From: Paragordius varius
Taxonomy: Eukaryota > Animalia > Nematomorpha
NCBI GenBank assembly: GCA_964247055.1
Contig: OZ176050.1
Location: forward strand, 12,152,001 to 12,216,000
DNA: 64,000 nucleotides
Direction: 5' to 3'
Shown: in pieces, positions 1 through 12,755 of the stretch
How positions within the stretch are numbered: position 1 is the stretch's first letter
Layout: every line of letters begins with the position of its first letter
Notes under the pieces: model-generated
What the model was told of the DNA's origin: nothing
Databases searched by the model: none
Seen by the model: the letters and a program-made list of their open reading frames with translations, nothing else
Program-made: the position numbers and the translations under genes

Positions 1-564
1 GTGAAGATATTTTGTTTGTTGTGCAATTTATCCAAGAACCCAATTCAAAATTGATCTGATTAAATTTTAGTGATTATTTAGGGCTGTTTTGAAATTTTAT
101 TGTTTTTACCAATAAACTAATATTTTATTTTATTTCTAGTATTAATGAATAGCATTGGACTGACCGCTTTTAACACAATAACCAATCAAATTTAACATTT
201 AATCACGAAATATAGATAAAAATTAATCGCATAATATTAAATTGAAAGTTGTGAAATTTCAATAATTTTTTCTTGTTTAATAAAAAAACACTAAATAATA
301 ATTTTGTATTTCGTTTTTTATATATAGCATTTTTGTTATAATTAATTAGTTATGACCGTTAAGAGCATATGCACGATTAGACCATAAATTAGAACTGCCA
401 AAATCTATTTGCAAAATATATTTTTGCTTTTTACGCACAAACACACCATAAAACGCACAAGGAAAGAGAAAAAAATTATAAGCAAATACAATAAAATACG
501 GCAAAGTTATAGGGAAAATCATCTTTTAGTATACAAGTTTTATTTTATAATAAATTATATACAG

Positions 565-3500
565 TTGGCTGATCTCCAAAGCAATTCACAACGCGAATCC
601 GATATAGCATCAACGCTGAGGGAAGAATTGTATACCCTGAGATCCCAAGAGGAGGAAGTAAAGAGTCGTTTGAGGGGTGTTGAATCAGCCTTGAATGCCG
701 CAGAGGCTAGAATCAAAGACTTGGAAAATAATCTTGAAAGGTTGTTTGTCTTCAAATCTTTAAAATGTTTTGTTTTGTGATAAAGCATATAGACAGAAAA
801 ACAATTATGAGAAACGTTGCTTTTGGAACAATCTCTTCAAGAAATGTGATTTTGGGAGAGTCTATTACATAGATAGCTGACCGATTTTTATCAATTTTCG
901 TAAAATTAACTTTTGCTCCTCTTTTGTGCAATACTATTTATGCAAATATATGGGCCTAAAACTGATTTCCAATTTTTCTGTAAAAGTTTAAGGGACATGA
1001 AAGTTTTTTAGTGTTAAGCTATTTTTTATATATTCCAATTAATTATAGTTGATGTTAATAATTTGTTAATATAGGAGTATCACTTTAAAATATTTTTTTA
1101 CATAATTTTTTCAGTATTATTATTATTAATCTTTTCATCTTATATATTTTGTGTAGAGAAAAACTTGACAAAGAACGTAGTATACGGGCACGAGATGAGG
1201 AAATTAAACGATTGCGTGAAACAATGTCAGATTATTTGCATGAATACCAAGAATTGATGGATATCAAATTAGCTTTGGATATGGAGTTGGTTGCATATCG
1301 TAAAATGTTGGAGGGTGAGGAAGCTAGGTAATTTTACCGAAAAAATTTAAGGAAATAAATTTATAATTTTCAAGCAAAAATTGTTTTTTTATCGTTAGAT
1401 GAACTTCATCAGGAGGAATATTTTTTAGCATATTTTGATGTGAGATAATCGGTTTTGTTTTTTTATTAGAACTGGCTTAATTATTTATATACAAAATAAA
1501 TGATCAAACACCTGAATTTTTTGTCTTACTTTCATATAAGATATTGAAATTTAATATACAGAAACATATTGAAAAAATAAAAAACATATTTAACTGTTTC
1601 TTTTGTTAGCGGTATTAAAAACTAATTAATTGTTTTGGTTTTTCATTTTTTCAGTTTGTTTTGTCTGAATTCTCTTTATATGTTTTTTTAATTAGATTAA
1701 ACCTGACACCTTCAAGCAAGCAATCTAGCGTTGCACGAACTTCTGTTGAACGATCTCAATCAGCATCTCAAAACACTTCTAATCGAACCGCAGGTGGTGC
1801 CTATAAGGAAACTCCGAAAGCTACTCCTATGCCATATCTGGAAAAACATCACCAAGGTAATTTGTTATAGATGTGATAAATAGTATTTGTAATGCACCCG
1901 CTTCCTCATATCCCGATTATGGGAAAGATGGCTCATTTTTTTATTATAACCTCTGAAAATACAATTAATATATATTTGATTGATTGCTTTCCTATTGTCT
2001 TAGGTTTTTGATCTTAAGATTTTACAAACTAAGACACAACTTTTTACTAGGACCTTATTTAGCAATCCAAAAAATGCATAAAAATTAGCATTAGCGCTCT
2101 CCCCATTGGTGTTGAATTATTCTATTAAATGGAATATATGCACATATATACATATACCATATATAAAGGTGGTACCATTGGTGGTAAACGGAAACGCAAT
2201 GTACATGAAAGCTTTGAGGAAGATCATTACAGCTCTCATTTTAAAGCTACACGTGGGATAAGCTCCCAAGAGCATTGTGACATTGAAATTGCAGAAAGCG
2301 ACCCTGATGGACTCTTTGTCAAACTTGTTAACCGTTCAAATAAGGTAATTAACTTTTTTTTATAAAATTTTGATTTCAAACGATTTTCCCAATCGGAAAT
2401 TTGAGTGTCAAATAATATTTATTGTTTTAATATAAAAAGTCGAACCTTTTCTTTGATCCATACAAAAGTATCAATATAACATAAAAATTACACATGTATT
2501 CATTTTAAATGCTTATTCTAACAGAAAATATTTTTTATAATTCTCATAAAGAAAATATTTCTACAAGAATATCACATTAAATTACGATAGTCATTAGTTA
2601 TATTATAATATACATTTTCAGGACATAACTCTTACGGGGTGGACTTTGGTGCGTACAGCCAAAAATACACATGCCAATAAATCATCATCTCCAACACATA
2701 CTGCTAATAAAACGCCAAAAATGACCACCACAACTCAGCATCAAAATAGGGGCGATAATACAGCTCATGAAATCTTGATTGTAGATGGGATTGAAGCCAA
2801 CAATAATATGGATTCTATAAATGAAAAGAATACTGAAACCCATATGCCAAATACAGTGGGAGGCGAATTGGAAACTCAAAGTGTAGATGAAAGTATAGTT
2901 TCTGATCAAACGATAGACGGTACTAGTAAAACATCATTAAACAATGCTAAAAAAAGTGGCAACACAGAAAAAATGGGAACGCCTGGTACTTTTTTGTTCT
3001 GTATAATTTATTGTCTGTTTTAAAAAAATATGAAATAAGAATATTTTTGATTTTAATTGGTAATGCTATAATTTTGGTTGTTTTTTTGGATTTACTGCAT
3101 TAATCATTTTTTAGGCTTAATTATATTTATTTTCCTATATAAATTCAACTTGAAAAATTACCTACTGTGTCATATATATTTGTGAATATAATTAATTTTG
3201 CTGCACAATGATAGTTAAAAAATCTGGTGGAAAACATAGTACTATTACATCAGCCGCAATAAGCGATGCAAATACGGTTGTTACATATCGAATCACTCGT
3301 TGTGTCCTAAAAGCCAAAGGTGGAACTCTCACGGTTTGGAGTTCGAGTCCCCCACGCGGTCTCTCAGAACTGTCACCGCCCCCGGCTGCTAATCCTCCTA
3401 CCCACTTGGTTGTGAGTTTACCCAAACATCAGGCTTGGCCCACGGGAGATCATTACTCTACCAAATTGTATAGCAAGGATGGTCAGGTATTTTGTCATAT

Positions 3501-4044
3501 AATATAAACCTTTTTAAAAAACGGCGTTAAAAATGGAATCATATGATAAAATATATGTAAGGAGTTGTATTATTGATATTTAAATTGAATGATAAAGTAT
3601 TGTGCTTAAAAATGATATGCGCTTTTTAATTAGTTTTAAATACTTCTTTTCGCCCAAAATTTATTTACCTTGATTGCTCTTAGACTAATCCGGATTTATT
3701 ATATTTTTCAAATCTATTTTTTATGCACATTAATAAGATCATAACGTGTATAGCCTGTTTATATCTAAAGTCCAAAATGAATGGATTAATTAAATTATGT
3801 TTATATAACCAACTTTAAAACTGTATATTTGATATATCTGCAAAATGATTAGGAAATCGCCTGGCATGAAGCCATCAAAACCGTTTCAACAGTTAAGAAA
3901 TCTCACGCAAAATATGGCGGTGGTAGCACTATGGGCGGACACAACCCCAAACATTTTCGCCAATATGTGGATTACGTTGAGGGTAAAAGCATAAACGGAA
4001 CTGGAACAACTGGTACTCCAGAGGATAGATGTCGCATTATGTGA
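565..4044 (+). CDS. Lam: Nuclear lamin (B-type-like, CaaX), 5'-partial; exons 565-740, 1157-1327, 1696-1856, 2169-2344, 2622-2985, 3215(or 3254)-3486, 3853-4044
   Basis: Coil 2B end YQELMDIKLALDMELVAYRKMLEGEEAR|L, NLS GKRKR, lamin tail Ig-fold (DIEIAESDPDGLFVKLVNRSNKDITLTGWTLVR...TYRI...LTVWSS...PPTHLVV...WPTG...KLYSKDGQEIA) and C-terminal CRIM-stop. All junctions are GT-AG with compatible phases. Confidence 0.96.
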
Positions 4045-5047
4045 TCCATTTTGTAAAGCGTTTTTACCAATAATAAATTTGTCATTTTTTCCATTGAAAT
4101 GCATGAATAAATTATATCCACATAAGATGTTTTTTAATTATCAGTAAAACACTTTACATTAGTGTGTATATTTCAAATATATCTCAATTTTACAAAATGA
4201 TAAGTTGGTGTGATATTTCGAGATTTATTGTAACATTTAAACAACTTTATCCCATTTTTAATTGTTGTTCCGTCACACTTATGTATCCATATGATGAATA
4301 TATACATACCCAATTTATATTTAATGAATTATATACGAAATTTTAATGAATATTACAATGTATACTTGTGAAATTATAAAAATAAATTTTAAGTCTTTGA
4401 TCATGTGTGTTAAATCAATTTTCGTGGTATTCTGAAGCTAAAAATGATTAGATTTGTTGAATGTTTAGGATATATTATATGCAAACATCAAATTATTTGA
4501 GCGACAAAGGTTTACCCTTATTCCATATTTATAGCAGAATTTAAGATCTCATTCTTCCAATTAATTAAAGTTTAATATTACATTAAGCAATCACACCCTG
4601 ATGTTATATGGTCTTAAAGATATTTATGATACATACTCAAGATTTTTGAAATTTATTGTTATGCAATTTCACATGAAGGTATTTCGCTCAATTTTAAGGA
4701 TAAGGAAATATATTTTAAAACTTGAATAATCTTTTTTTATATCGCATACACTTATATTATTAAATCAAAATTTAATGATATGTGACATTTGTTAAAATTA
4801 ACAATAAAATTATTCATTAAATATTTATTAACAAATTCATTGATTCTTTTTATGGTTAAACTTTCGATATATCCACCAATTAAATATTTTAGATTAGTCC
4901 CTGCCTATATATTTATGGCTGACTCTGTTACAGAATATAAATTCATGATTTGGTATATTTATTTCAATTTAATCAATTATAGAAAAATTAACATCGTTAA
5001 AATATTATTTTGTCACAAATATACAAATTAAGAACAATATGATTATA

Positions 5048-5496
5048 TTAATCAAAATATTTTTCCAACACATATTTTACCAATAAAGTTATGTTTTGCA
5101 TAATATCATAGTCCTTACTCATGTTTAGATGAGAATGAAATTTTTCAAACTTTTTGTACTTTTGGGTATTTTCTCGGTGAATGGGATTCATCACAAAAGT
5201 TTTATTCTTTAAACATGTTTCCGATTTGAGATTGCAGACGTATCCGTTGGGACAACAATGGACTCCGTCCGTACAGCACACTGCTTTTTCGTATGGACAA
5301 CATCCATACTTGTCAAACTTTTTAACATTACCATGGTTTTTGTCTTGATTTCGGATTATTCCATGTATCGATTTTAAACGTAATGAACCGACATTTTCAT
5401 CATAATAATACATGCTTTTTACCGGGTAATTTTTGTTACGGATCATGGTAACTGCCAATTCACAGCATGTTGTTTTGGGTGGACATGTCTCGGCGT
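5048..5496 (-). CDS. GRN: Granulin-domain protein, terminal exon (upstream exon(s) not resolved)
   Basis: After acceptor TTAG at 5497: (D)AETCPPKTTCCEL-[~48 aa]-KYGCCPYEKAVCCTDGVHCCPNGYVCNLKSETCL, which matches the granulin cysteine pattern. Confidence 0.85.
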
Positions 5497-5705
5497 CTAA
5501 GACATAAAATAATGAAGAATGATATATTACGGATAAATTTTGTATTGTATTTTTAATTATATTACCCTAATATATCGCTGCGTATGTTGAATCTTTTTAC
5601 ATGTCTACTGTGTTTGCTATCTTAAATACTATATTTAAAATTAACCCTTATTAAAGTTTAACACAACCAAATCACGCATAATTTAAATGTTTTACATTTA
5701 GTTTA

Positions 5706-5819
5706 CCATTTTTCAGTCAAAAGCAACACTTTTTTAACCAAACGTAACATTGTTTATTTCGATTGGTTCAAGAAATGTTGCGTTTGGTTAAAAAAGTTCT
5801 CCATTTGACTGAAAAATGG
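5706..5819. mobile_element. ~114-bp foldback MITE with TA target duplication (Tc1/mariner-type)
   Basis: TA|CCATTTTTCAGTCAAA ... TTTGACTGAAAAATGG|TA, plus internal inverted match AACCAAACGTAACATT / AATGTTGCGTTTGGTT. Confidence 0.75.
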
Positions 5820-6280
5820 TACAATCTATTTTGCAAAGGTTTGATTGATTGGTTATGACGTCTTATAAATGGTCAGACCGGATTTTTCTGGATCAATAGT
5901 AATCTATCAGGATTATATATATGTATATATCTTCGGATTATATAACCTGTGAATAAGTATAAGTACATTCATAAACGGTGAGGCAGAAAATAAACACCAA
6001 TAAAATAAACAAATGATTAAATAAAGACGAGTAGCCTTTTAATAACCTTCTCCCATTATGAGCTTTAATAAATACGGCCTATATGCTAATTATCTCACTT
6101 AAATATCAGGCATTTTGATTTTTTAATTACTCCCTTTCCACAATTACACCTACGTTCCCATTTTTAATCATCATCATTAATAGCCAAAACAAAACCTTTT
6201 TTCCCAAAAATTATTCAATATTATTCAGCAAAAGTCAATATTAATTTATTGGATATTGTTTACGCTGAAGTGTGATAGTA

Positions 6281-7358
6281 TAATTATATATGGAATCAAT
6301 CAGCAAAAATTATATAATTTATTATAATATAATATTTCGATTACTACAAGTAATCTTTGTCAAACGTAAAAATAAAATTAAAATATAAACTAAAATTTAA
6401 ATTATAAAGTAAAAATATTTAATGAAACTAAAAAAACATGTGTGTATTGTTAATAAGAAAAAAATTTGTAATATTATTAATATTGTTAAGGTCTTTCTTT
6501 CTATTCATTATATTCCCTTCTTTGTTAATATAAAAACTTTCTTTCAATATTCTTTTTGTTTTATTTTCTTCTGTATCGACAACTTCGGCATTCCAGTCTA
6601 TTTTATGTTTACATTTAAAGGCATGATATGCCAAGGCCGAATCATTAGTTTTATTCTTGCTAACTGCTGTTTTATGTTCTTTTATCCTAACATCTAATCC
6701 TCTTTTTGTTTGACCAATGTATACACTGTCGCAATCTTGACATTTAATTTTATATATTATACACTGAGAATTAGGATTCTTTTTCTGTGAATTTAATAAT
6801 TTATAGATATTATTTAATGGTTTAAATATTATTGTGTATTTCTCTTTAAGTATTTCTTTGATTTTGTAACTTACGGATTCATAGAATGGTATTATAATTT
6901 TCTTTTTGTTATTATCGTTGTAAATTTTTTTAGGTTTTGAGTTTAAAATTTTGTTGATGGCGTTAGTGATTAAATTTTGTGGGTAATTATGTTCTAATAA
7001 TTTTTTTACTATTTCAGATGTTTGCGAGGTTCTTTTCTCTATACTATTAGGAATTAGTAATGTTACAGAAGAAAATAAAACAAAAAGAATATTGAAAGAA
7101 AGTTTTTATATTAACAAAGAAGGGAATATAATGAATAGAAAGAAAGACCTTAACAATATTAATAATATTACAAATTTTTTTCTTATTAACAATACACACA
7201 TGTTTTTTTAGTTTCATTAAATATTTTTACTTTATAATTTAAATTTTAGTTTATATTTTAATTTTATTTTTACGTTTGACAAAGATTACTTGTAGTAATC
7301 GAAATATTATATTATAATAAATTATATAATTTTTGCTGATTGATTCCATATATAATTA
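6281..7358 (-). mobile_element. Penelope-like element (PLE) 3' remnant with GIY-YIG endonuclease and an inverted copy of its 3' end
   Basis: Minus strand, disrupted: LLEHNYPQNLI...PFYESVSYKIKEIL...YKIKCQDCDSVYIGQTKRGLDVRIKEH...SALAYHA...HKIDW...KRILKESFYI...MN. The 295-bp arms 6281-6575 and 7064-7358 appear to be exact inverted copies. Confidence 0.9.
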
Positions 7359-8416
7359 ATTTATTATTGAACCAAATTTATACTTAAAACAATTGGGATA
7401 AATTGTTAAATTAAAGGAATTCGATCATGAGTATTATCATTGAGGTTTAATAAAGTCTACATGTACAAAATTTTATTTAGAAATAATAACTAATTATACA
7501 AATATGGTCCAGTACGATTATAACCTAGCAATTAATCCACAAATAAATTATTAGTGGGATTTATAATACATTTTGAATTTTGACCATTTTATATCCCTAT
7601 TTTGTAATGAAAGTAAACAGATGTTCATTTTCTTAAGTGGTTATTTTTAAAATGTATATCCATAACCGGTTACATCCAAAATTATGCGCCACTTTAAAAC
7701 AAACAAATGATTGACATAATGAGGTAAATATCAGAATTTTTAAATATAGGAATGTTAAAGTAATTACCAGGGCACGTAACTCCATCGGTTAAGCCGTATT
7801 TCATGATTTTTGCGATTTCATTTTTATCATTTCGGTCAATCTTACTAATCTTTTTATTTATAAATAATAATTTTTTACATCAATTTTAGAATCATCAAAA
7901 TGCCATTGATTTTCCACCAAATTCTCATGGAATAGTAATGAACCAACTAAGATCCAATGAATAAAACTTTTCATGGTTGTTTTGTAATAATAACTTAAAA
8001 AATGCTAAAATAAATTGCGTAAAAAATTAATAATAGTGTTTTATGCACGCTTTTGTGTTCGCTTTGTATGATGGGTTAGGGTTATATGCCTTTACAAATA
8101 ATAAAAAACAATGAAAAAGACGCTAACTCACGTCCATTTGTTTATATAATAAACTTTTAGTAAAACATATTGGGAAAATGGGGGAAAATGCAAAAATTGT
8201 GCATTAAATTTTCAATCTGAGATTCCATATGCAAAGAAGATCAACTCTAATTTCCTTATCATAAACCGATTTTTTTAATGATACATTATTCAATTTATTA
8301 AATTTACAGTTTAACCATGCATCTTGCGACGGATTTTAAATGATTGAAAATAATGGATTTGTAGCTCTTGGCAAAAATCTTTATAATTTACCAGATTTTA
8401 TGGATTACTGCATACC

Positions 8417-10560
8417 TAGAGTGACCAGACGTCCCGCCCGCTACGTTTTTGAAATGTCCCGCTTTTTCACGATATATAAAAAAAAATTTTAATACATTTA
8501 AATTTTTTATAAAAAATTTATTTTTTTTTCCGTTTAAATTTTTTATCAGTTATCTTTAAAATCTATATCATTAAATTAAAATTTTTTATTTCTAAATTAA
8601 AAATATTTATTTTATTTATATCATATGATTATACACTTTGCTTCCTACTCCTACTGCCAACATTATCAAAAAGACAAATTAATACCGCAAGTCGGTAGGT
8701 TATAAGTTTAGTCCATAAAAATTAAAATAATATAAAATTTTCTTATATTAATATTAGTTTAAAAATATGAGTATAAAAAGAGGTTGTAAATTCAACGATG
8801 AATTAATGAAAGAATTTCCTTTTATCAAAAAATGAAGAATGAATCATTTGTTAAATGTTCTTTATGCGAGGGGAATTCACCCTGGCACATGGCGGCAAGC
8901 ATTATTTACAAAGCATATGACACAGAAACATGAAAAATGTTTAGATTTGCGGCATCATCTTACAAAATGAGCGATTTTTTTCGAAAAACCGCTTTTAGAG
9001 GGGAAGAAAAGAATTTGGCACTAGCCGAAGGCGTTTTATCTTTCACGTCGTTAATCACAATCATTCCATTAGATCTTTGAATTGTACCTCATAAGTTAGT
9101 TATTCGTACTTAAGTCAATAAAAATTTTACATGTGCCCGTACAAAGGCTGAAGCCATTGTTCAACTTTCGCCATATACATTTTCTGAAATACAAAAAGAT
9201 GTGCTGAAAATTAATTTCATTTAGCTATACTCTGATGCATCAAATCACAAGGAAATAAATCTATTTCCCACTTTAATAAGATATTTTGATCCAGAAAATT
9301 AAAATTTTAGATTTTATTTCCCAGTGAAAATTCCGACATAATTTTACCTCAATAATGAATGTTCTAGACATAAATAATATAAAAGACAAAACTATCGCAT
9401 ACTCACAACACCAATACGAACTTCGGTAGAAAAGCAAGGAGGGGAACAAAAAATATTTTTCATAAATTAGCAGATAATCTTAATGAAAACATTATTGGCG
9501 TTGAGTGTGCAGCTGATTTGTTACCGTTACCCCTAGATGTGGAAAATGTAGTTGTTAAAATACATTCCTGTTTTTATATATACACGGTACGCATTGAAAC
9601 GCTTAAGGAATTCTGTGAAATTGCAGAAGTTTAATATCAAAATTGGATATTTAAAACTCGTTGGTTAATTCTGCCAGATATTGAAAGAATTTTAAAAATG
9701 TACGAACCTTTAAAATCCTATTTTTTATCACAGGAAAAATGTCCTACAACGTGGGAAAAGTTTTTTGAAAGTGATTCTTTAAAAATATAGTTAGAGTTCC
9801 TACATAATCAAGTTTCTCTCTTTCAAAATGTTATTAAATTGATAGAAGGTGGCAAAATTTCGACAATCGAAGTAGCCATTGAAGTTAGTAACCTAAAATT
9901 CCAATGTCAAGAAAGGCTAGAAAATTATTTTATACCATTAACCATCCGTAATATTATGAAAATTTAGAAAAGCAAGGTTTATAAATCACCAAGATATCCT
10001 GTACCATATAAAAATGTTTTATACAAACTGTAAAGATTATTTGGAAGTGGACGGTGCCATTCAATGAAATTGATCATTTTCATTGGATAACATTAAAACC
10101 AGAATTTAATTGTCAAAAATCATTTGATCACATCTGCATCTCCTAAAACCAAAAGTAATTTTCAGAAGATGATCTTTTTTCTGAAGTTATCATTAGTTAA
10201 AAAATATATTAATAATGAAAAACTTAAATTATCGACAACAAAAAAAAATACAGTAGAAAAGAAATGGTTTTATTTCATCATTTTGTAACAAACCATGTTC
10301 CATACAATAATATTTTAAAAATTGAGAAATTTGCTCTATCTTTACCTGGAACCAACGCTGCTGAGCGCGTTTTTTCCACACTAAATCAGGTGTGGACATC
10401 GTAAAAATCAAATTTAAATGTTAAAACCTTAAGGCCATTTTATCTGTCAAATAAAATTTGACAAATTTTTGTGAAGACTCACAATATTTTAAAAAATGAT
10501 GACAATCTGCTAAAACGCATTCACTCATATAAAAATATATCAAAAAAATAAAATATTTTC
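8417..10560 (+). mobile_element. hAT (Blackjack-like) transposon, frameshifted transposase pseudogene (~8768-10470); right end missing
   Basis: TIR TAGAGTGACCAGACGTCCCG at 8417. Motifs across frames: KRGCKFNDELMKEFPF, TCARTKAEAIV, SDASNHKEINLFPTLIRYFD, KTRWL, ERILKMYEPLKSYF, SLPGTNAAERVFS. Confidence 0.88.
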
Positions 10561-11711
10561 TTATATTTATAAAGTTTTTGTGTTAAAAAAAATTTACTTA
10601 AAATATTGTTTATGTCTTCATAATAATTTGTCAAATTATATTTAAACACATAAAATGGCTTTTAAAGTTTCAGCATTTAAATTTGATTTTTCCATGTCCA
10701 CACTTGATTTACTGTGGAAAACGCGTTCAATAACAGTGGTTCCAGGTAAAGAGAATGCTATTTCTACAATTTTTAAAATATTATTGTATGGAATATATTT
10801 TATTAAAAAATGAATATTTCAAACCATTTCTATACTGTATTTGTTTCTGTTGTCCATAATTTAAGTTTTCATTCTCAATATATTTATTTAATAATGATAC
10901 TTCAGAAAAAAGTGTCATTGAATTTCACCGTCTTGTCTTCCAAATAATAATTTTTTCAGTTTGTATAAAACATTATATCCTGGATATTAATTTGTTCTGG
11001 ATGATTTACAAATTTGCGATTAGGTAATGGTATAAAATTATTTTCTAACCTTTCTTGACTTGGAATTTTAGACATTTGTCCTGTGATAAAATATAGGATC
11101 TCATACATTTTTAAAAAATTTTTCATAGCTAGCATAAGCTAACCAACGAGTTCTACAATATCCAAGCATTTTAACAACTATATTTTCCACATCCAAGGGT
11201 AACAAATCAGCAGCTGTTTGAATAGCGTTGTGTAGCCGCCAATAATGTTTTGATTAAGATTATTCGCTAAATTATTATATTTGTGCGGCTTCTTGCATTT
11301 CCACCCAGCGCACTTTGTGATGATTTTGTCTTTTAAATTATTTTTTTCCAGAATATTCATTATTAAAGTAATACTTAAGTCAGAATTTAACTGGCTGGAG
11401 AATGAGAAATAACTTTGTGCATCAGAATATAGCGATATCTTTTTCTGTTTCAGAAAATTCATGTGGTGAAAGGACATCGCATACAACCGCTTAACCCTTC
11501 GTTCGTGCACATGTAAATTTAATGAATAAGGTACGAACAACCTGAGACCAAGGAATAAAATATTTTTTATATAAAAATGTATTTATGTTAAAAATAAATA
11601 AATATTACAATAAATATTTTATATAAAAATTTTTGGTTGTACCCCTCTCTTGCCCCCCCCCCCCTTCTCAGATTTTTCCCGCTTTTTCCTTCAAAAAATC
11701 TGCTCACCCTA
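10561..11711 (-). mobile_element. Second, internally deleted Blackjack-like hAT copy in opposite orientation
   Basis: Its reverse complement aligns by eye to copy 1 (FTCART region at ~11520; LSLPGT..ERVF at ~10720-10760). Outer TIR CTGCTCACCCTA ends at 11711. Confidence 0.8.
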
Positions 11712-11717
11712 AATATA

Positions 11718-11900
11718 CACTATGTGCAAAAAAATTTTTAACAAAATAATTTTTTTATGAGATAGCTTATGACCAGAGTATTCATTTGCTGTAAAAATTT
11801 TATTTTTACGACCTAGTTTTCGAAATATTAAGCGAAAATCGAAAGCGTGGAAAAAGTGAAAATTAAGGATTAAAAAGTCTAAAAATAATGATAAATGAGA
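11718..11900. mobile_element. Tc1/mariner-type TIR end fragment
   Basis: TA|CACTATGTGCAAAAAAA resembles the TA|CACTGTGCAA and TA|CACAGTGTGCAAAA ends elsewhere in the window. The other end was not found and the 3' boundary is approximate. Confidence 0.4.
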
Positions 11901-12755
11901 TATTATGGTTTATTAACATTTTAGGAGATATTTTTAATATATATAAATAGCCTAAAATTTAGTTATAGTTTCCATAAAATCTCATTTTAAAATATGGGGT
12001 TTTTTAACAAAGTAAAAAGACAAATTTTTTTAATAAAACTATAGGAAAATAATTTTTTTTAATTATTTTTAAGCTAAACTCACTATTAAAATCTTAACAT
12101 TCAAAATTTTGAAAGTCATACAAAGGTAATAAATTAATTGATGCAAGAGTAAATGCGTAATTAACAATATATATTCCCAAAAATAGAACTAAAATTAGCA
12201 AAAATTCTAGGAAGCAAGAATGTTACCAAAAAGAACAAATAATAAGTTAATTTTAATTAAACAAGTTATAAGAGTCGTAAACCAAAATATTTGACCAAAA
12301 ATAGAATAAAATTAGCAAAGATTCCAAGGAGGCAAGAATACTAGCAAATCAAATAATAATAAATAAAAATTTAATTTTAGACTACAAGTCGTATTGAAAC
12401 TGCCCAATGATTTGATAAGTTAACAGAGGCAAAAATATTTATGAATAATTAGACTACATTATATTAGAGGTGAAAGATAAGTAAATCCCCCCTATGATGG
12501 AGCTTTTGAGTTAAAAATCCAAATAAAGATATGAAGATTTAAGAATATATAATTATAATATAAATGACAAGTTAAAGCCAATTTATAATAGACAAAATAT
12601 TTAAAATTAAAGGTCTTATATATGGTGTGATACATCCGGGCGGCTACAATTACGCAAGCGCTGCAAAATAACATCTGCACACTTGACGCGACACCCCAAG
12701 CGCTCCTATAATTATGCCTTTAAAGATAATTTTGACCATTCGTAAAATCATCTGA

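Noticed and set aside
5500-6280. Candidate upstream granulin exons, e.g. DSKHSRHVKRFNIRSDIL at ~5565-5620 or a 34-nt intron at 5497-5530
   Set aside because: The donor phases do not match the phase-1 acceptor, or in-frame stops intervene; left unresolved.
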